NCBI GenBank assembly: GCA_963798085.1
Contig: CAWCRS010000004.1
Location: 1-64,000, forward strand
DNA from: an uncultured Gemmatimonadales bacterium
GTDB taxonomy: Bacteria; Gemmatimonadota; Gemmatimonadetes; Longimicrobiales; RSA9
Length of the DNA stretch: 64,000 nt
Direction of reading: 5' to 3'
Both the position numbers and the translations under genes were made by a program. A model generated the notes under the pieces. It saw nothing but the letters and a program-made list of their open reading frames with translations, did not search any database and was not told the origin of the DNA. Below, piece after piece: positions 20,296 through 30,408 of this stretch. The stretch's first letter is position 1. Each line of letters opens with the position of its first letter.

Positions 20296-22252
20296 GTGGC
20301 CGTGAAACGAGTCGTGCTGTACTTCACCGCATTCATGGCGCTCTGGCCGGTGCTGCTCCCTGCGCAGCAGCCGGCCACGAGCGTACGCGTGGACGTGGGC
20401 CCCAATCACCGCGCTTCCGGCGCGGATACCCTGAATCGCAACGAAGGCTGGATTGCGGTCAGTCCCACGAATCCCAACACGCTGGTAGCCGTTTCGCACG
20501 AGGCTACCCGCGGCTGCGCCACGATGATCTCGAATGATGGCGGGAATCTCTGGCGCGAAGCCGCTCTGTCGAAGCAGCTGGATTGCTTCGACCCCATGGT
20601 GGCGGCGGGACCGGATGGCCGGCTCTTCGTCCTGCACGCCGGCCGCACACCGACCGCACCGACCTCACCCACGGGACAGCGCATGGAGGCACCCGTCCGT
20701 ATCTACTCCAGCAATGATGACGGGAAAACGTGGCGCCCCCCTGCCGAGCTCCGTACACCGCTGACACCGGATCACCCGCGCATGGTCGTGGATGCCAGCA
20801 GCGGTCCCCATCGCGGACGTGTCTACGTCGCATGGAACGAAGTCAGCGACGTGTTCATGCGTGACCAGTACCACATCTTCCTGCATTACTCTGACGATCA
20901 GGGCGCGACATTCACCGAGCCCATACTGCTGCAGACGGATTCCGGCGGAAAACTGGTGATCACGGAGCCGGTCGTGCTTTCGGACGGCACACTGCTCGTT
21001 ACGTACTACCAGTATTTTCAGCCGCTGAGCAGTCGCAAGAACGAGAAGCAACCCTTCTACATCATTCGCTCGACGGATGGCGCGCGAACGTTCAGCCCAC
21101 CCGAGAAGGCCTTCGAGGTGGGGATTTCCGCCTGGCCCGGCCTGCGCGCCGACTTCGGGCAGGCATTCACGCTCCCCATCATCACCGCGGACGCATCCCC
21201 TGGCAGCCCGTATCGTGACCGCCTCTACGCCGTGTGGGACGACGTGAGCACGGGCGCATCGAACATCTGGCTGGTTGCCTCCGCCGATCGCGGCAGGACC
21301 TGGTCCCCGCGGGTGCGCGTGAACGACAATGCTCCAGCGCCACCCGATGGCCCCGTGGATTTCCGCATGACGCCCGTGGTGGCGGTCAATCGCAACGGCG
21401 TGGTGGGTGTGGCGTGGTACGATCGTCGTGAGGAATGTCACGCGCCGCTGCTGGAAGCAGTACTTTGCCGCCTCCATCAATGGCGGTGCGAGTTTCACGC
21501 GCAACGTAGCCGTGTCCAGCGCACCGTCCTGCCCCACGAAGGATGTGGCGCCGCACGTGGTGGTGAAGAACGCCACACCGGATTCGTTGCTTCCCTCCGC
21601 GGATTCCGTCAACAAGCTCATTGCGGCGCGTCGTTTCGCCGAGGCTGAACAGCTCAATCTCGCCCTCGAGCAGCGCGCGCTGGAGCAGGCCGTCACGGGA
21701 ACACAGCTGCGCCTGTCGTTCGATCGCGCACGCAGTGTATGGCCTGGTCACTACTCCGGCCTGGCCAGCGACAGTGCAGGTCGCTTCCACGCACTCTGGG
21801 CCGACCGCCGCAGCGGCTACCAGCAAATGTACAGCGCGCACATCGATGTCTCGACGCAGCCCGAGCCGCCACTCCCACCGTTGCGCGACACGGTCGTCAG
21901 TCAATTCGTTCGGGTAATGGTGGGTCAGTCCAGGTTCAATGAAGCGAAGGGCATGAGCATGGTGGAGCTGCAGCTGCGCAACGAATCAGACCACACCATT
22001 TACGGTCCTCTGCGCGTACGCATCTCTCGCGTCATTTCAGGCGCTCCCGGTAACGCGGAGCTCATCGAGGATGCTTCGAACGGCCGCAGGACCGCGGGGG
22101 CGCTCTGGGATTACTCCGCGCTCCTGGGCTCACGCGGTCGGCTCGAGCCCGGGATGGTGAGCGAAGCACGCTGGGTCACCATCCGCAATCGCCCCGACGC
22201 TGGCCTGGACGTCGTCCTGGAGTTCGAAGTGCTGGGTCGTGTGCAACGTTGA
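20296..22252 (+). CDS. secreted Asp-box beta-propeller protein, paralog 3 (frameshift at about 21435)
   Basis: Colinear with 11854-13851 (PDHPRMVVD, GGKLV.TEPVVLSDGTLLVTYYQY, GHYSGL); ORFs 20296-21648 and 21407-22252 join after removing one A. Confidence 0.85.
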
Positions 22253-22267
22253 CAACGGAGAATTAGC

Positions 22268-22915
22268 GTGCGCCACAAACCGAAGCCCGCGGAAAGGACA
22301 CGTGCGCATGCATTGCGCCCGCCGTTTGCCACCTTCCTGACCAGCCTCGCGCTGTTGCTCTGCGCAACGGCGGGTGGCGCCCAGAAGCTGCCGCACGTGA
22401 TCCTCAGAACTGACCTGGGCGAAATCGAGATCGAGGTGGACAGCGCACGCGCCCCGATTACCGCAGCAAATTTCCTGCGCTACGTGGATGCCGGGTCTTA
22501 TCAGGGCGGCCGTTTCTTTCGCGTCGTGCGGGAAGACAACCAGCCGAATGACAGTGTGCGCATCAAGGTCGTGCAGGGCGACATCAGCTCCGCTCAGGCA
22601 GCCGGGCGGTTCCCGGCCATCGCGCTCGAGCGCACGTCGGTCACGGGCCTGCGACACCGTGACGGCACCGTTTCCATGGCGCGCGGTGGTCCCGATACCG
22701 CGACTTCCAGCTTCTTTATCTGCATTGGCGATCAGCCGGCGCTCGATGCCGGCGGCCACCGCAATCTGGACGGCCAGGGCTTCGCCGCCTTTGCACGCGT
22801 CGTGCGCGGCATGGATGTCGTGCGCAGGATCAATCAGGGATCCGCCAGCGGGCAGCAGCTCGCCGTGCCGGTGATGATTCAGGAGGCGCGCCGCGCAGCG
22901 AAGGGCACGGACTGA
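22268..22915 (+). CDS. periplasmic cyclophilin-type peptidyl-prolyl isomerase
   Basis: APITAANFLRYV, FFRVV, HRDGTVSMAR, ATSSFFI, FARVVRGMDVV. Confidence 0.9.
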   Translation: MRHKPKPAERTRAHALRPPFATFLTSLALLLCATAGGAQKLPHVILRTDLGEIEIEVDSARAPITAANFLRYVDAGSYQGGRFFRVVREDNQPNDSVRIKVVQGDISSAQAAGRFPAIALERTSVTGLRHRDGTVSMARGGPDTATSSFFICIGDQPALDAGGHRNLDGQGFAAFARVVRGMDVVRRINQGSASGQQLAVPVMIQEARRAAKGTD

Positions 22916-23073
22916 AGCTCGCAGGGATCTCCCCGCTGCGGACCGCTGCTGTCGAGGCATCGGTCCGGCGGTGCAACCGTGACGGGACTGCGCCTTTCGC
23001 ACGCCGGACCACGCCCGCAGCGGCCCGTTCCGAATAACGTGTTAGTGACTGCCGGACCGTTCCGAGGTCGCGG

Positions 23074-23628
23074 CTACGTGCGCTCCCACGGCGGACAGCG
23101 TGCCGGCGGGTCCGGTGGACGCGTGGGTGCCGGACCATCTCTCACATCGATCAGTTCCACATCGAAGATGAGCGTGGCCTTCGGCGGAATCACGGGCGGA
23201 TTGCCGTTCACGCCATAGGCCAGCTGATAGGGAATGATGAGCCGCCGGCGACCGCCCACGCGCATCCCTTCGAACCCGGCATCCCAGCCTGGAATCACAG
23301 TGCGGCGGCCCTGTTGAAACGCCAATGGCGTTCGCGGGCGCCCTTCACGCGTGGTGTCGTGCGAGGAATCGAACTTCGTCCCGTCCGTGAGCCAACCCGT
23401 GTAATGCACGTAAAAGCATTTTCCGGCTGCCGCCTCGGCACCGGAGCCAGCGGCCAGCTCGATGTACCGCATTGAGAACTGGGTTATCTCGCGGCCCTGC
23501 ACCCGCGGTGGAGCCGGACCGCCGGGCGCGCCATGCGCACAGCCTGTCGCGATCGCAGCCAGTACCGGGGCGAACGCCCGCACTCTCTTCGCGAGAGCCT
23601 GGCCGATGATCAGCTTGCCAACTCGCAT
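23074..23628 (-). CDS. FKBP-type peptidyl-prolyl isomerase (lipoprotein)
   Basis: ATGC lipobox, VHYTGWLTDGTKFDSS, VIPGWD, GMRVGGRRRLIIPYQLAYG, IPPKATLIFDVEL. Confidence 0.92.
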   Translation of the reverse strand: MRVGKLIIGQALAKRVRAFAPVLAAIATGCAHGAPGGPAPPRVQGREITQFSMRYIELAAGSGAEAAAGKCFYVHYTGWLTDGTKFDSSHDTTREGRPRTPLAFQQGRRTVIPGWDAGFEGMRVGGRRRLIIPYQLAYGVNGNPPVIPPKATLIFDVELIDVRDGPAPTRPPDPPARCPPWERT

Positions 23629-23804
23629 ACACCGCCTCGCAGAACGCGGATTGTCAGGGGGTTCGCGAGCCTCGGTTGGCGCCAGCGCGATTCATTCACC
23701 ATACGCTGCGCGCGCCGGCACCACAACGGCCTCACGCAGCTTTGATCCGGATCAGCCGCCCGCGGTAGAGATCCGGGGCAAAGGCAGGATATGGTTGGGA
23801 TGCG

Positions 23805-24090
23805 CTACTTCGTCACCGAGCGTCGCGTCCCGTGCCCGCTCTTCATGCGCCGGGTGCCTTTGTCTCCGGCCGGCGCGCCGCCGCGCTTTCCTGTGCGCCG
23901 GCCGTGTCCCGCAACCTGCTGACTGGATTCACGCAGGCGCTCACGAATGACGGCCATCAGGTCGATCACGTCGTCGTCGCTTTCCTCATTGTCGGCAACG
24001 TCGGATTCGACCACATCCTTCCCGGCCTTGCGTTTGCGCTCGACCAGGCGCAGCACGCGTTCGGCGTAGTCGTCGCGCAGCTGGTTCAAG
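23805..24090 (-). pseudogene. ku: 3' remnant of a NHEJ Ku gene
   Basis: LRDDYAERVLRLVERKRKAG...DVIDLMAVIRERL plus a basic tail match the Ku C-terminus; no Ku core upstream. Confidence 0.65.
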
Positions 24091-24104
24091 GCGCACCCGT
24101 TGCA
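24088..24104 (+). promoter_or_regulatory. candidate sigma54 (-24/-12) promoter of glnA
   Basis: GG-CGCACCCGTT-GCA with exact GG-N10-GC spacing about 170 bp upstream of glnA; a weaker GG-N10-GC lies at 24143-24156. Confidence 0.5.
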
Positions 24105-24271
24105 CCGTCCGCCACCCCGCCATGGGAGCCCGGTCGTAATGGGGCAAATTCCCTGCCAGTCGCGTCTCGAGGCCGGGTCAGATCTGCCTCTTGCGCCGCT
24201 GGCCCGACTGCCACCACTTGAAGCCCGAACCCGGCCTGCAATCGACCCCACACACGCGGAGGCTTTCGTCC

Positions 24272-25684
24272 ATGACGCCCAGGGAATTCTTCGATTTCTG
24301 CAAGAAGAACGATGCGGAGATGGTGGATCTCAAATTCACTGACCTGCTGGGCACATGGCAGCACTGTACCTTCCCCGTCGACACCTGGGATGAAGGCACG
24401 TTCGAAGAGGGCGTCGGTTTCGATGGCTCCTCGATTCGTGGCTGGCAGGCCATCAACGTATCGGACATGCTCGCGATTCCGGATCCGGAGACAACGAAGC
24501 TGGATCCGTTCTACGCGCGCCCCACCGTCAGCATCCTGGCCGATGTCCGGGACCCGATCACGCACGAGGACTACACGCGCGATCCGCGCCATGTTGCGCG
24601 CAAGGCCACGGAATTCCTGAAGTCCACGGGCCTGGCGGACACCTGCTACATCGGGCCGGAACCCGAGTTCTTCATCTTCGACGAAGTGCGCTACGAGCAG
24701 AACGAGCATCGCGGCTACTACGAGATCGACAGCGTCGAGGGCGCCTGGAACACGGCTCGCTTCGAGGAACCCAACCTGGGCTACAAGCCCAGCTTCAAGG
24801 GCGGCTATTTCCCGGTCAGTCCCACCGACACGTACCACGACCTGCGCAGCGAGATGGTCCACGAGCTGCGCAAGGTCGGCATTGTGGTGGAAGCGCACCA
24901 TCACGAGGTGGGCACGGCGGGTCAGAGCGAGATCGACATGAAGTTCGCCGAGCTGACCCGCATGTCCGATCAGATGATGTGGTACAAGTACATTGTGAAG
25001 AACGTGGCGAAGCGGCACGGCAAGAGCGTGACGTTCATGCCCAAGCCCATCTTCCAGGACAATGGCAGCGGCATGCACACGCACATGTCGCTCTGGAAGT
25101 CGGGTAAGCCTCTGTTTGCAGGCGATGGCTATGCCGGGCTGAGCCCGATGGCGCTCAACGCGATCGGCGGCGTGCTGCACCACGCGCCCGCCATTCTCGC
25201 GTTCGCAGCGCCCACGACGAATTCGTACCGCCGTCTCGTGCCCGGCTTCGAGGCACCGGTGAATCTCGCCGTGTCGCAGCGCAACCGCTCGGCATCCGTG
25301 CGCATCCCCATGTACTCGGCCAGCCCCAAGGCGAAGCGCATGGAGTTCCGCTGCCCCGACCCGAGCTGCAACCCGTACCTGACCTTCTCCGCGATACTGA
25401 TGGCGGCGATCGACGGCATCCAGAACAGGATCGATCCGGGTGAGCCGCTGGACCGCGACATCTACGAGATGTCACCCGAGGAGCTGGCGGGCACGCGCAA
25501 GACGCCCGGCTCTCTGCCGGAATCGCTCGGCGCGCTGGAGACCGACCACGCCTTCCTGACCAGGGGCGGCGTGTTCACGGACGACCTGATCAGCACGTGG
25601 ATCGCCTACAAAACGGAGAACGAAATCGACCCGCTGCGCATGCGGCCTCACCCCTACGAATTCCATCTCTACTACGACAGCTGA
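24272..25684 (+). CDS. glnA: glutamine synthetase type I
   Basis: [69 protein letters not shown] adenylylation Tyr, PHPYEF. Confidence 0.97.
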   Translation: MTPREFFDFCKKNDAEMVDLKFTDLLGTWQHCTFPVDTWDEGTFEEGVGFDGSSIRGWQAINVSDMLAIPDPETTKLDPFYARPTVSILADVRDPITHEDYTRDPRHVARKATEFLKSTGLADTCYIGPEPEFFIFDEVRYEQNEHRGYYEIDSVEGAWNTARFEEPNLGYKPSFKGGYFPVSPTDTYHDLRSEMVHELRKVGIVVEAHHHEVGTAGQSEIDMKFAELTRMSDQMMWYKYIVKNVAKRHGKSVTFMPKPIFQDNGSGMHTHMSLWKSGKPLFAGDGYAGLSPMALNAIGGVLHHAPAILAFAAPTTNSYRRLVPGFEAPVNLAVSQRNRSASVRIPMYSASPKAKRMEFRCPDPSCNPYLTFSAILMAAIDGIQNRIDPGEPLDRDIYEMSPEELAGTRKTPGSLPESLGALETDHAFLTRGGVFTDDLISTWIAYKTENEIDPLRMRPHPYEFHLYYDS

Positions 25685-25821
25685 GGCCGACTGACAACGC
25701 GTTATCAGGAGCCGCAGCAGAGCGGGCGGGGAGGTGGAACATGGCGCTTCCCCGCCCGCGCACGTTTCCGCCTTGCCACGCCTGCCACGCGGGCGGCAAG
25801 CCATGCTTTCCAGAGGATTCA

Positions 25822-26313
25822 ATGCGACGCGACTGCCGATGGCCTTGCGCGCGCGTGGCCGGCGCAGTGCTGCTGCTGACAGTGCACGCGTGCGCGCAGC
25901 GGGACGCGGCGACCGCCAGTGATCCGTATGCCGTCGTGCTGGCGGAGACCGCGCACCGCCTGCATCTCGATCTGCCGCTCCGCGTGCATCCACTGATGGG
26001 AAAGCTGGACCGCAGCACGCAGTTCGGCGAGTTCCGCATGACCACGTTCTACGAGCTGGACACGCTCCCGGTCTTCGGGGAAGCGCCACAGAAGTACATC
26101 CAGTGCGACCTTGCCACGTCCGGCGCCTGCGCACCGCGCCCGGGCGCTGCGTCCATCGTGCTCTCCGAGAGCGTGGACCTCGGGCGAGGCATCTACGTGA
26201 TCATTGTGTACGTCAGCGACCTGCGGACGGACCTGGACACGCAGCGCTACTACCGCGCCCGTCTGAAAAAGGAAGGCACGCGCTGGGCGGTCTTCCGCTT
26301 CGAAGAGATGTGA
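25822..26313 (+). CDS. hypothetical lipoprotein
   Basis: AGAGGA RBS, hydrophobic stretch ending in VHAC lipobox, protein-like composition. Confidence 0.55.
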   Translation: MRRDCRWPCARVAGAVLLLTVHACAQRDAATASDPYAVVLAETAHRLHLDLPLRVHPLMGKLDRSTQFGEFRMTTFYELDTLPVFGEAPQKYIQCDLATSGACAPRPGAASIVLSESVDLGRGIYVIIVYVSDLRTDLDTQRYYRARLKKEGTRWAVFRFEEM

Positions 26314-26435
26314 GCCTCGTCGCTCGAGGGGCATGGGTCGCGTGAATGCGGATCCGCTCGCCTTCGCGCGGGTGGAAGCGCCGGTTGCCGTTGCCGTCTG
26401 ATTTCTTTCGGGGGAGGGTTGAGGGGGAGGGGTTC

Positions 26436-26636
26436 GGGTTCAGGGGTCGGACGCGGACAAGGGCACCCGTTGGGGGGTGGGGGAGGGTGGGGCGGGTGGG
26501 GTGCGGGTTGGTGTGTGCGGGTTGGTGTGTGCAATCCTGCCACCCCTCCACGTGTCAGGACGGCGGCCGGCGGCCGCGGATCCCCCCACCCGCTCCCCTG
26601 AACGGGTGCCCTTGTCCGCGTCCGATCCCTGAACCC
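26436..26636. repeat. inverted pair of the 36-bp repeat (REP/MITE-like element)
   Basis: 26436-26471 is the reverse complement of 26601-26636 (1 mismatch); TTC flanks both ends; interior has G-runs and a 14-bp tandem GTGCGGGTTGGTGT. Confidence 0.8.
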
Positions 26637-26979
26637 TTCCATCTCCCTTGCATGGTGTTAGGAAGGCGCGCTGGGCAGGCCTGCGGACCACGCGCAGTGC
26701 ATCGTCGCCCGCCCCCGTCGCTGCGACGCGCGCAGCGGGTCAAAGCGGGAAGAGAAAGACGAAGGATCCGCACTTGTGGCTCGCGCCACTCCGCTGTTCC
26801 TCACCCCTGCCTCGGAACCCGGACCAACCGCCGGCAATCGCGCCCGACCCCTGGCCGTTCGCCCACCCGTGCGGGTCCGTTTGCCAGCAGCAAACGGGCC
26901 CGGGCCGCTCCCTGCGCGATTGCGCATCCCGCCTCCATGGGCGCATGTTGCTGGTTCCCGACCGACCAGACGAGGGAGA

Positions 26980-29130
26980 ATGAAGGCAGTCCGATCCCTG
27001 GCACGGTTGCTGGCGAAGTTCGCGCTGCTCGTCGTGTTCGCCGCCGTGTTGACTCGCTGTGCGGATCCGTCCGCGGATCCTTCCTCGCCCCGCTCCTCGA
27101 TTCCGCTGGCCTTTTCGCTGAGCTTCGCGGGCAATGCCGCATCCGCGTTCGACAAGGCCGATGCGCTCGACGTCCGCCTCATTGCGGGTGAACAGACTGT
27201 GCTGGACACGGTGGTCGCATTCGCGTCAGGCGGCGCCGATGTGCGGCTGCACCTGCGCGTGGACCCCGGGCTCGAGGGCCAGTCGCTGCTCCTGAACGTG
27301 GAACTGCGGCAGGGCAATGCGCCCCTCTTCACGGGCTCCGCCACTGTGGTGCCCACCACCGGAACGTCGGCGCCGGTGGACGTGGTCCTGAACCCGGTCG
27401 TGGCCCGGATCGTGGGGCCAGCGTCGTCGCCTGTAATCAGCAGCATTGGCGGTATCCGGAAACTGACCGCGGCCGCTGTGTTCGCCACCGGCGATACCGT
27501 GCCGGACATTCCCCTGATCTGGTCGCTCATCGACAGGAACATCGTGAGCCTGAATACGGACGGCACCGCGCAGGCGCTGACCGAAGGCTCCGCCCGTGTC
27601 GAGGCGAGGTACGGCAATCTGACGGCGACGATCACCGTCGTGGTGCGCATTCCCACGGTCCTGGTCGTGGTGAATCCCGACAAGGCGACGCTGGGTCTGC
27701 AGGGAACGCAGAAGTTCGCGGCTTCGGCCTTCGATGCGAACAACAACCTGCTGAAGAATCGCGTACCGGTCTGGGGATCCTCGAATGCCGCCGTTGTGTC
27801 GATCGATTCGACCGGCCTGGCGCGCGCGGTAGCGGTGGGAACGGCGAATATCAACGCCACGGTGGATGGAGTCACCGGTTCCGCTCAGGTGACCGTGACG
27901 AGTGTGCCGCCGCCGGCGGCACCCACGAGTCTCGCACAAACCGCGTCAGGCACCTCGATCACACTGCAGTGGACAGACGTGGCCACCAATGAGGCTTCCT
28001 ACGAGGTCTATCGCGGCACGCAGGGCGGCGCACGCGCGCGCATCGCCACACTGTCGCCTAACACCACGTCATACACGGACAACTCGCAGGGCGTGGATCA
28101 GGTGCTGGACTATTCGGTGGCCGCCTGCAATGCGGCCGGCTGCGTCGAGTCGGCGGTGATCACGGCGAGGACCGTGCCGAAACCGCCATTGAACCTGACG
28201 GTCGCGGCCCTCAACGTGGTCAACTTCTCGTTTACCCTGCAGTGGGTGGATGGCAGTGCCGCCGAGACGCGCTTCCAGATCGACACGAGTGATTCCACGG
28301 CCTCGACGATCCTCTGGAACAAGCGTGGCGATGTGGCCGCGAACGTGACGACCTATGACGGGAGCAGCTCACCCGCGGATCACGAGCGCCTGCGCGTTCT
28401 CGCCTGCAACGACGCCGGCTGCTCCGCACCCAGTAATATCGTGTATGTGAGCTTCCCGTTCTCCGCGCCCAACGCCGGCACGCTGCCTTCGCTCACGCGC
28501 ACGGAACTGCGCGGCTCGACCGACGGCTTCGGCCAGCCGCACACGATCTGGTTCACCTGGTCCGAGACGGACCCGACACTGTCGACCGACACCATGGCGA
28601 CGTTGCCCTTCGCGTCCTCATCGGCCGGCATTTGGACGGAGCCGCTGTACGATATTTCACCGGGGTACCCGGTCTATTATCGCATGAACGCGCAGAACAA
28701 CGTGGGCATCGCACACGGCGCGGTTCTGAGCTTCACAACGCCCGACCTATCCATCGGCGGGCCGTTCTCCGCCAATGTCTGCAACCGCGATCCCTCCGGC
28801 GTCGTGGGCCAGCCGCAGCCCTGTCCCTTCAATCCGGACAGCGTGGTGATCACCATCTATTCTGCCGGTCCCATCAACACGTACCAGAACCCCTTCACGT
28901 TCGTCTCGGTCGACGACGACACGTACGAGACCGCCCTCGGCCAGGCTGCCGTCGTCAGCGTGTTCGACGATCCGGGCTTCAACCAGCGCTTCTACACGTT
29001 CCGCTTCGTATGGCGCCTCACGCCGAGCGTGTCGCCGGGAAACCATACCATCGTGGCGCGCGGATACACAGGCAGCAGCGGTGGCAATGTCATTGCCGGC
29101 AGTGCCTCCATCACCGTGAACATCGACTGA
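26980..29130 (+). CDS. large surface protein (probable lipoprotein) with Big_2 Ig-like and fibronectin type III domains
   Basis: GGGAG RBS, signal ending LTRC, WGSSNAAVVSIDSTGLARAVAVGTANINAT (Big_2), APTSL..LQWTD..NEASYEVYR (FN3). Confidence 0.85.
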   Translation: MKAVRSLARLLAKFALLVVFAAVLTRCADPSADPSSPRSSIPLAFSLSFAGNAASAFDKADALDVRLIAGEQTVLDTVVAFASGGADVRLHLRVDPGLEGQSLLLNVELRQGNAPLFTGSATVVPTTGTSAPVDVVLNPVVARIVGPASSPVISSIGGIRKLTAAAVFATGDTVPDIPLIWSLIDRNIVSLNTDGTAQALTEGSARVEARYGNLTATITVVVRIPTVLVVVNPDKATLGLQGTQKFAASAFDANNNLLKNRVPVWGSSNAAVVSIDSTGLARAVAVGTANINATVDGVTGSAQVTVTSVPPPAAPTSLAQTASGTSITLQWTDVATNEASYEVYRGTQGGARARIATLSPNTTSYTDNSQGVDQVLDYSVAACNAAGCVESAVITARTVPKPPLNLTVAALNVVNFSFTLQWVDGSAAETRFQIDTSDSTASTILWNKRGDVAANVTTYDGSSSPADHERLRVLACNDAGCSAPSNIVYVSFPFSAPNAGTLPSLTRTELRGSTDGFGQPHTIWFTWSETDPTLSTDTMATLPFASSSAGIWTEPLYDISPGYPVYYRMNAQNNVGIAHGAVLSFTTPDLSIGGPFSANVCNRDPSGVVGQPQPCPFNPDSVVITIYSAGPINTYQNPFTFVSVDDDTYETALGQAAVVSVFDDPGFNQRFYTFRFVWRLTPSVSPGNHTIVARGYTGSSGGNVIAGSASITVNID

Positions 29131-29132
29131 TC

Positions 29133-30408
29133 ATGCGGGTGCACCCATCCATCCTCGCGCTGGCGCTGTGCGGCTGCGCCACGGCCGCGGCCGGGCCGCG
29201 CGCCGCCGATGTGCCCGCGCTGGAAGCGCGGCTGCGCGCCGATTCGACGTCGAGCGATGTGCGCGTGCGGCTGGCCGCCGCCTACCGCGAAGCCGGCCAC
29301 GCCGATCGCGCCATTGCGCTGCTCGAACCGGTGCTTCGCGCGCACCCGAACGATGCCGCCGCCGCGCTCTATCTCGGGCTCAGCTATGAAGACGGCAACC
29401 GCCTGGCCGATGCCCGGCGCGTGTACGCGGTGGCGCTGCGCAACACGCGCTCCCCGGCGTTGCGCGACCGCATCCAGTCGCGCGTCGTGCTGCTGTCGCG
29501 GCGCGAGCTGCGCGAAGCCTCGCGCCAGGCGCTGGCCCGGGAACGCGAGCTGTCGACGACGCCACCACCGCCCCGCACCGTGGGCGTGTTTCCGTTCTTC
29601 TTCGCGGCGCAGGACACGACACTGCGGCCGCTGTCGCGGGCCATGGCGGAGCTGCTGACGACGGACCTGTCGCAGACCGACCGGCTGCGCGTGGTCGAGC
29701 GCGCGCAGCTGCAGGCACTGCTGGACGAGATGGCACTGGCGCAGCGCGGTACCGTGGACCCGGCGACGGCCGCGCGCACGGGCCACCTGGTGGGCGCCGC
29801 CCACATTGTGCAGGGCCGCATTGATGGCTCGCCCGCCACGCTGTCCATGCAGGCGCTGGTGGTGGCCACGGCATCGCCCCGCGACACCGCGGGCGCGGCG
29901 ATCCGCGGCCAGGGCGGCGTCAATCGCCTGTTCGACATGGAGAAGAATATCGCGTTAGGCGTCTACACGCGGCTGGGCATCCAGCTGACCGATGCGGAGC
30001 GTGCCCGCGTCAACCGGCGGGCCACGCAGAACGTGCAGGCGCTCATTGCCTTCGGCTATGGACTCGAAGCGCTCGACGCCGGCCGCTACGCCGAGGCCTC
30101 GCGCCAGTTCGCGCGCGCTGCACAGCTGGACCCGGGCTTCGTGAAGGCGACCGAGCTGCGCAGCGAGTCGGATCAACTGACCGCCACTGCCAACTTCGGC
30201 ACCGGCCAGATGGCGAGGCTGGCGGCCAGCGAGTTGAACCTGACGCTCACGCCGTTCCAGCGGCAGCAGCTGCGGCTGGAAGCGCTGGACGCGATCATTC
30301 CCATCGCGCAGATGCGCGATCCCACCGTCGAGGTGCTGGGCACGGAAGGCATTCGATCGCGGCACCGCCATCGACATCGTCATCAAGCGGCCCGGAGGCG
30401 GTCAGTGA
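29133..30408 (+). CDS. TPR plus CsgG/FlgO-like lipoprotein, copy A (frameshift at about 30352)
   Basis: LCGC lipobox, TPR helices, TVGVFPF..LRVVERAQLQALLDE..VDPATAARTGHLVGAAHIVQG; removing one T restores IDRGTAIDIVIKRPGGGQ-stop, colinear with copy B. Confidence 0.82.

Noticed and set aside
9850..22252. Calling the Asp-box proteins sialidases
   Set aside because: Asp-boxes are structural, and the catalytic (F)RIP motif was not seen
9241..26636. 36-bp repeats as a CRISPR array
   Set aside because: Only three dispersed copies, two of them inverted, with no regular spacers and no cas genes
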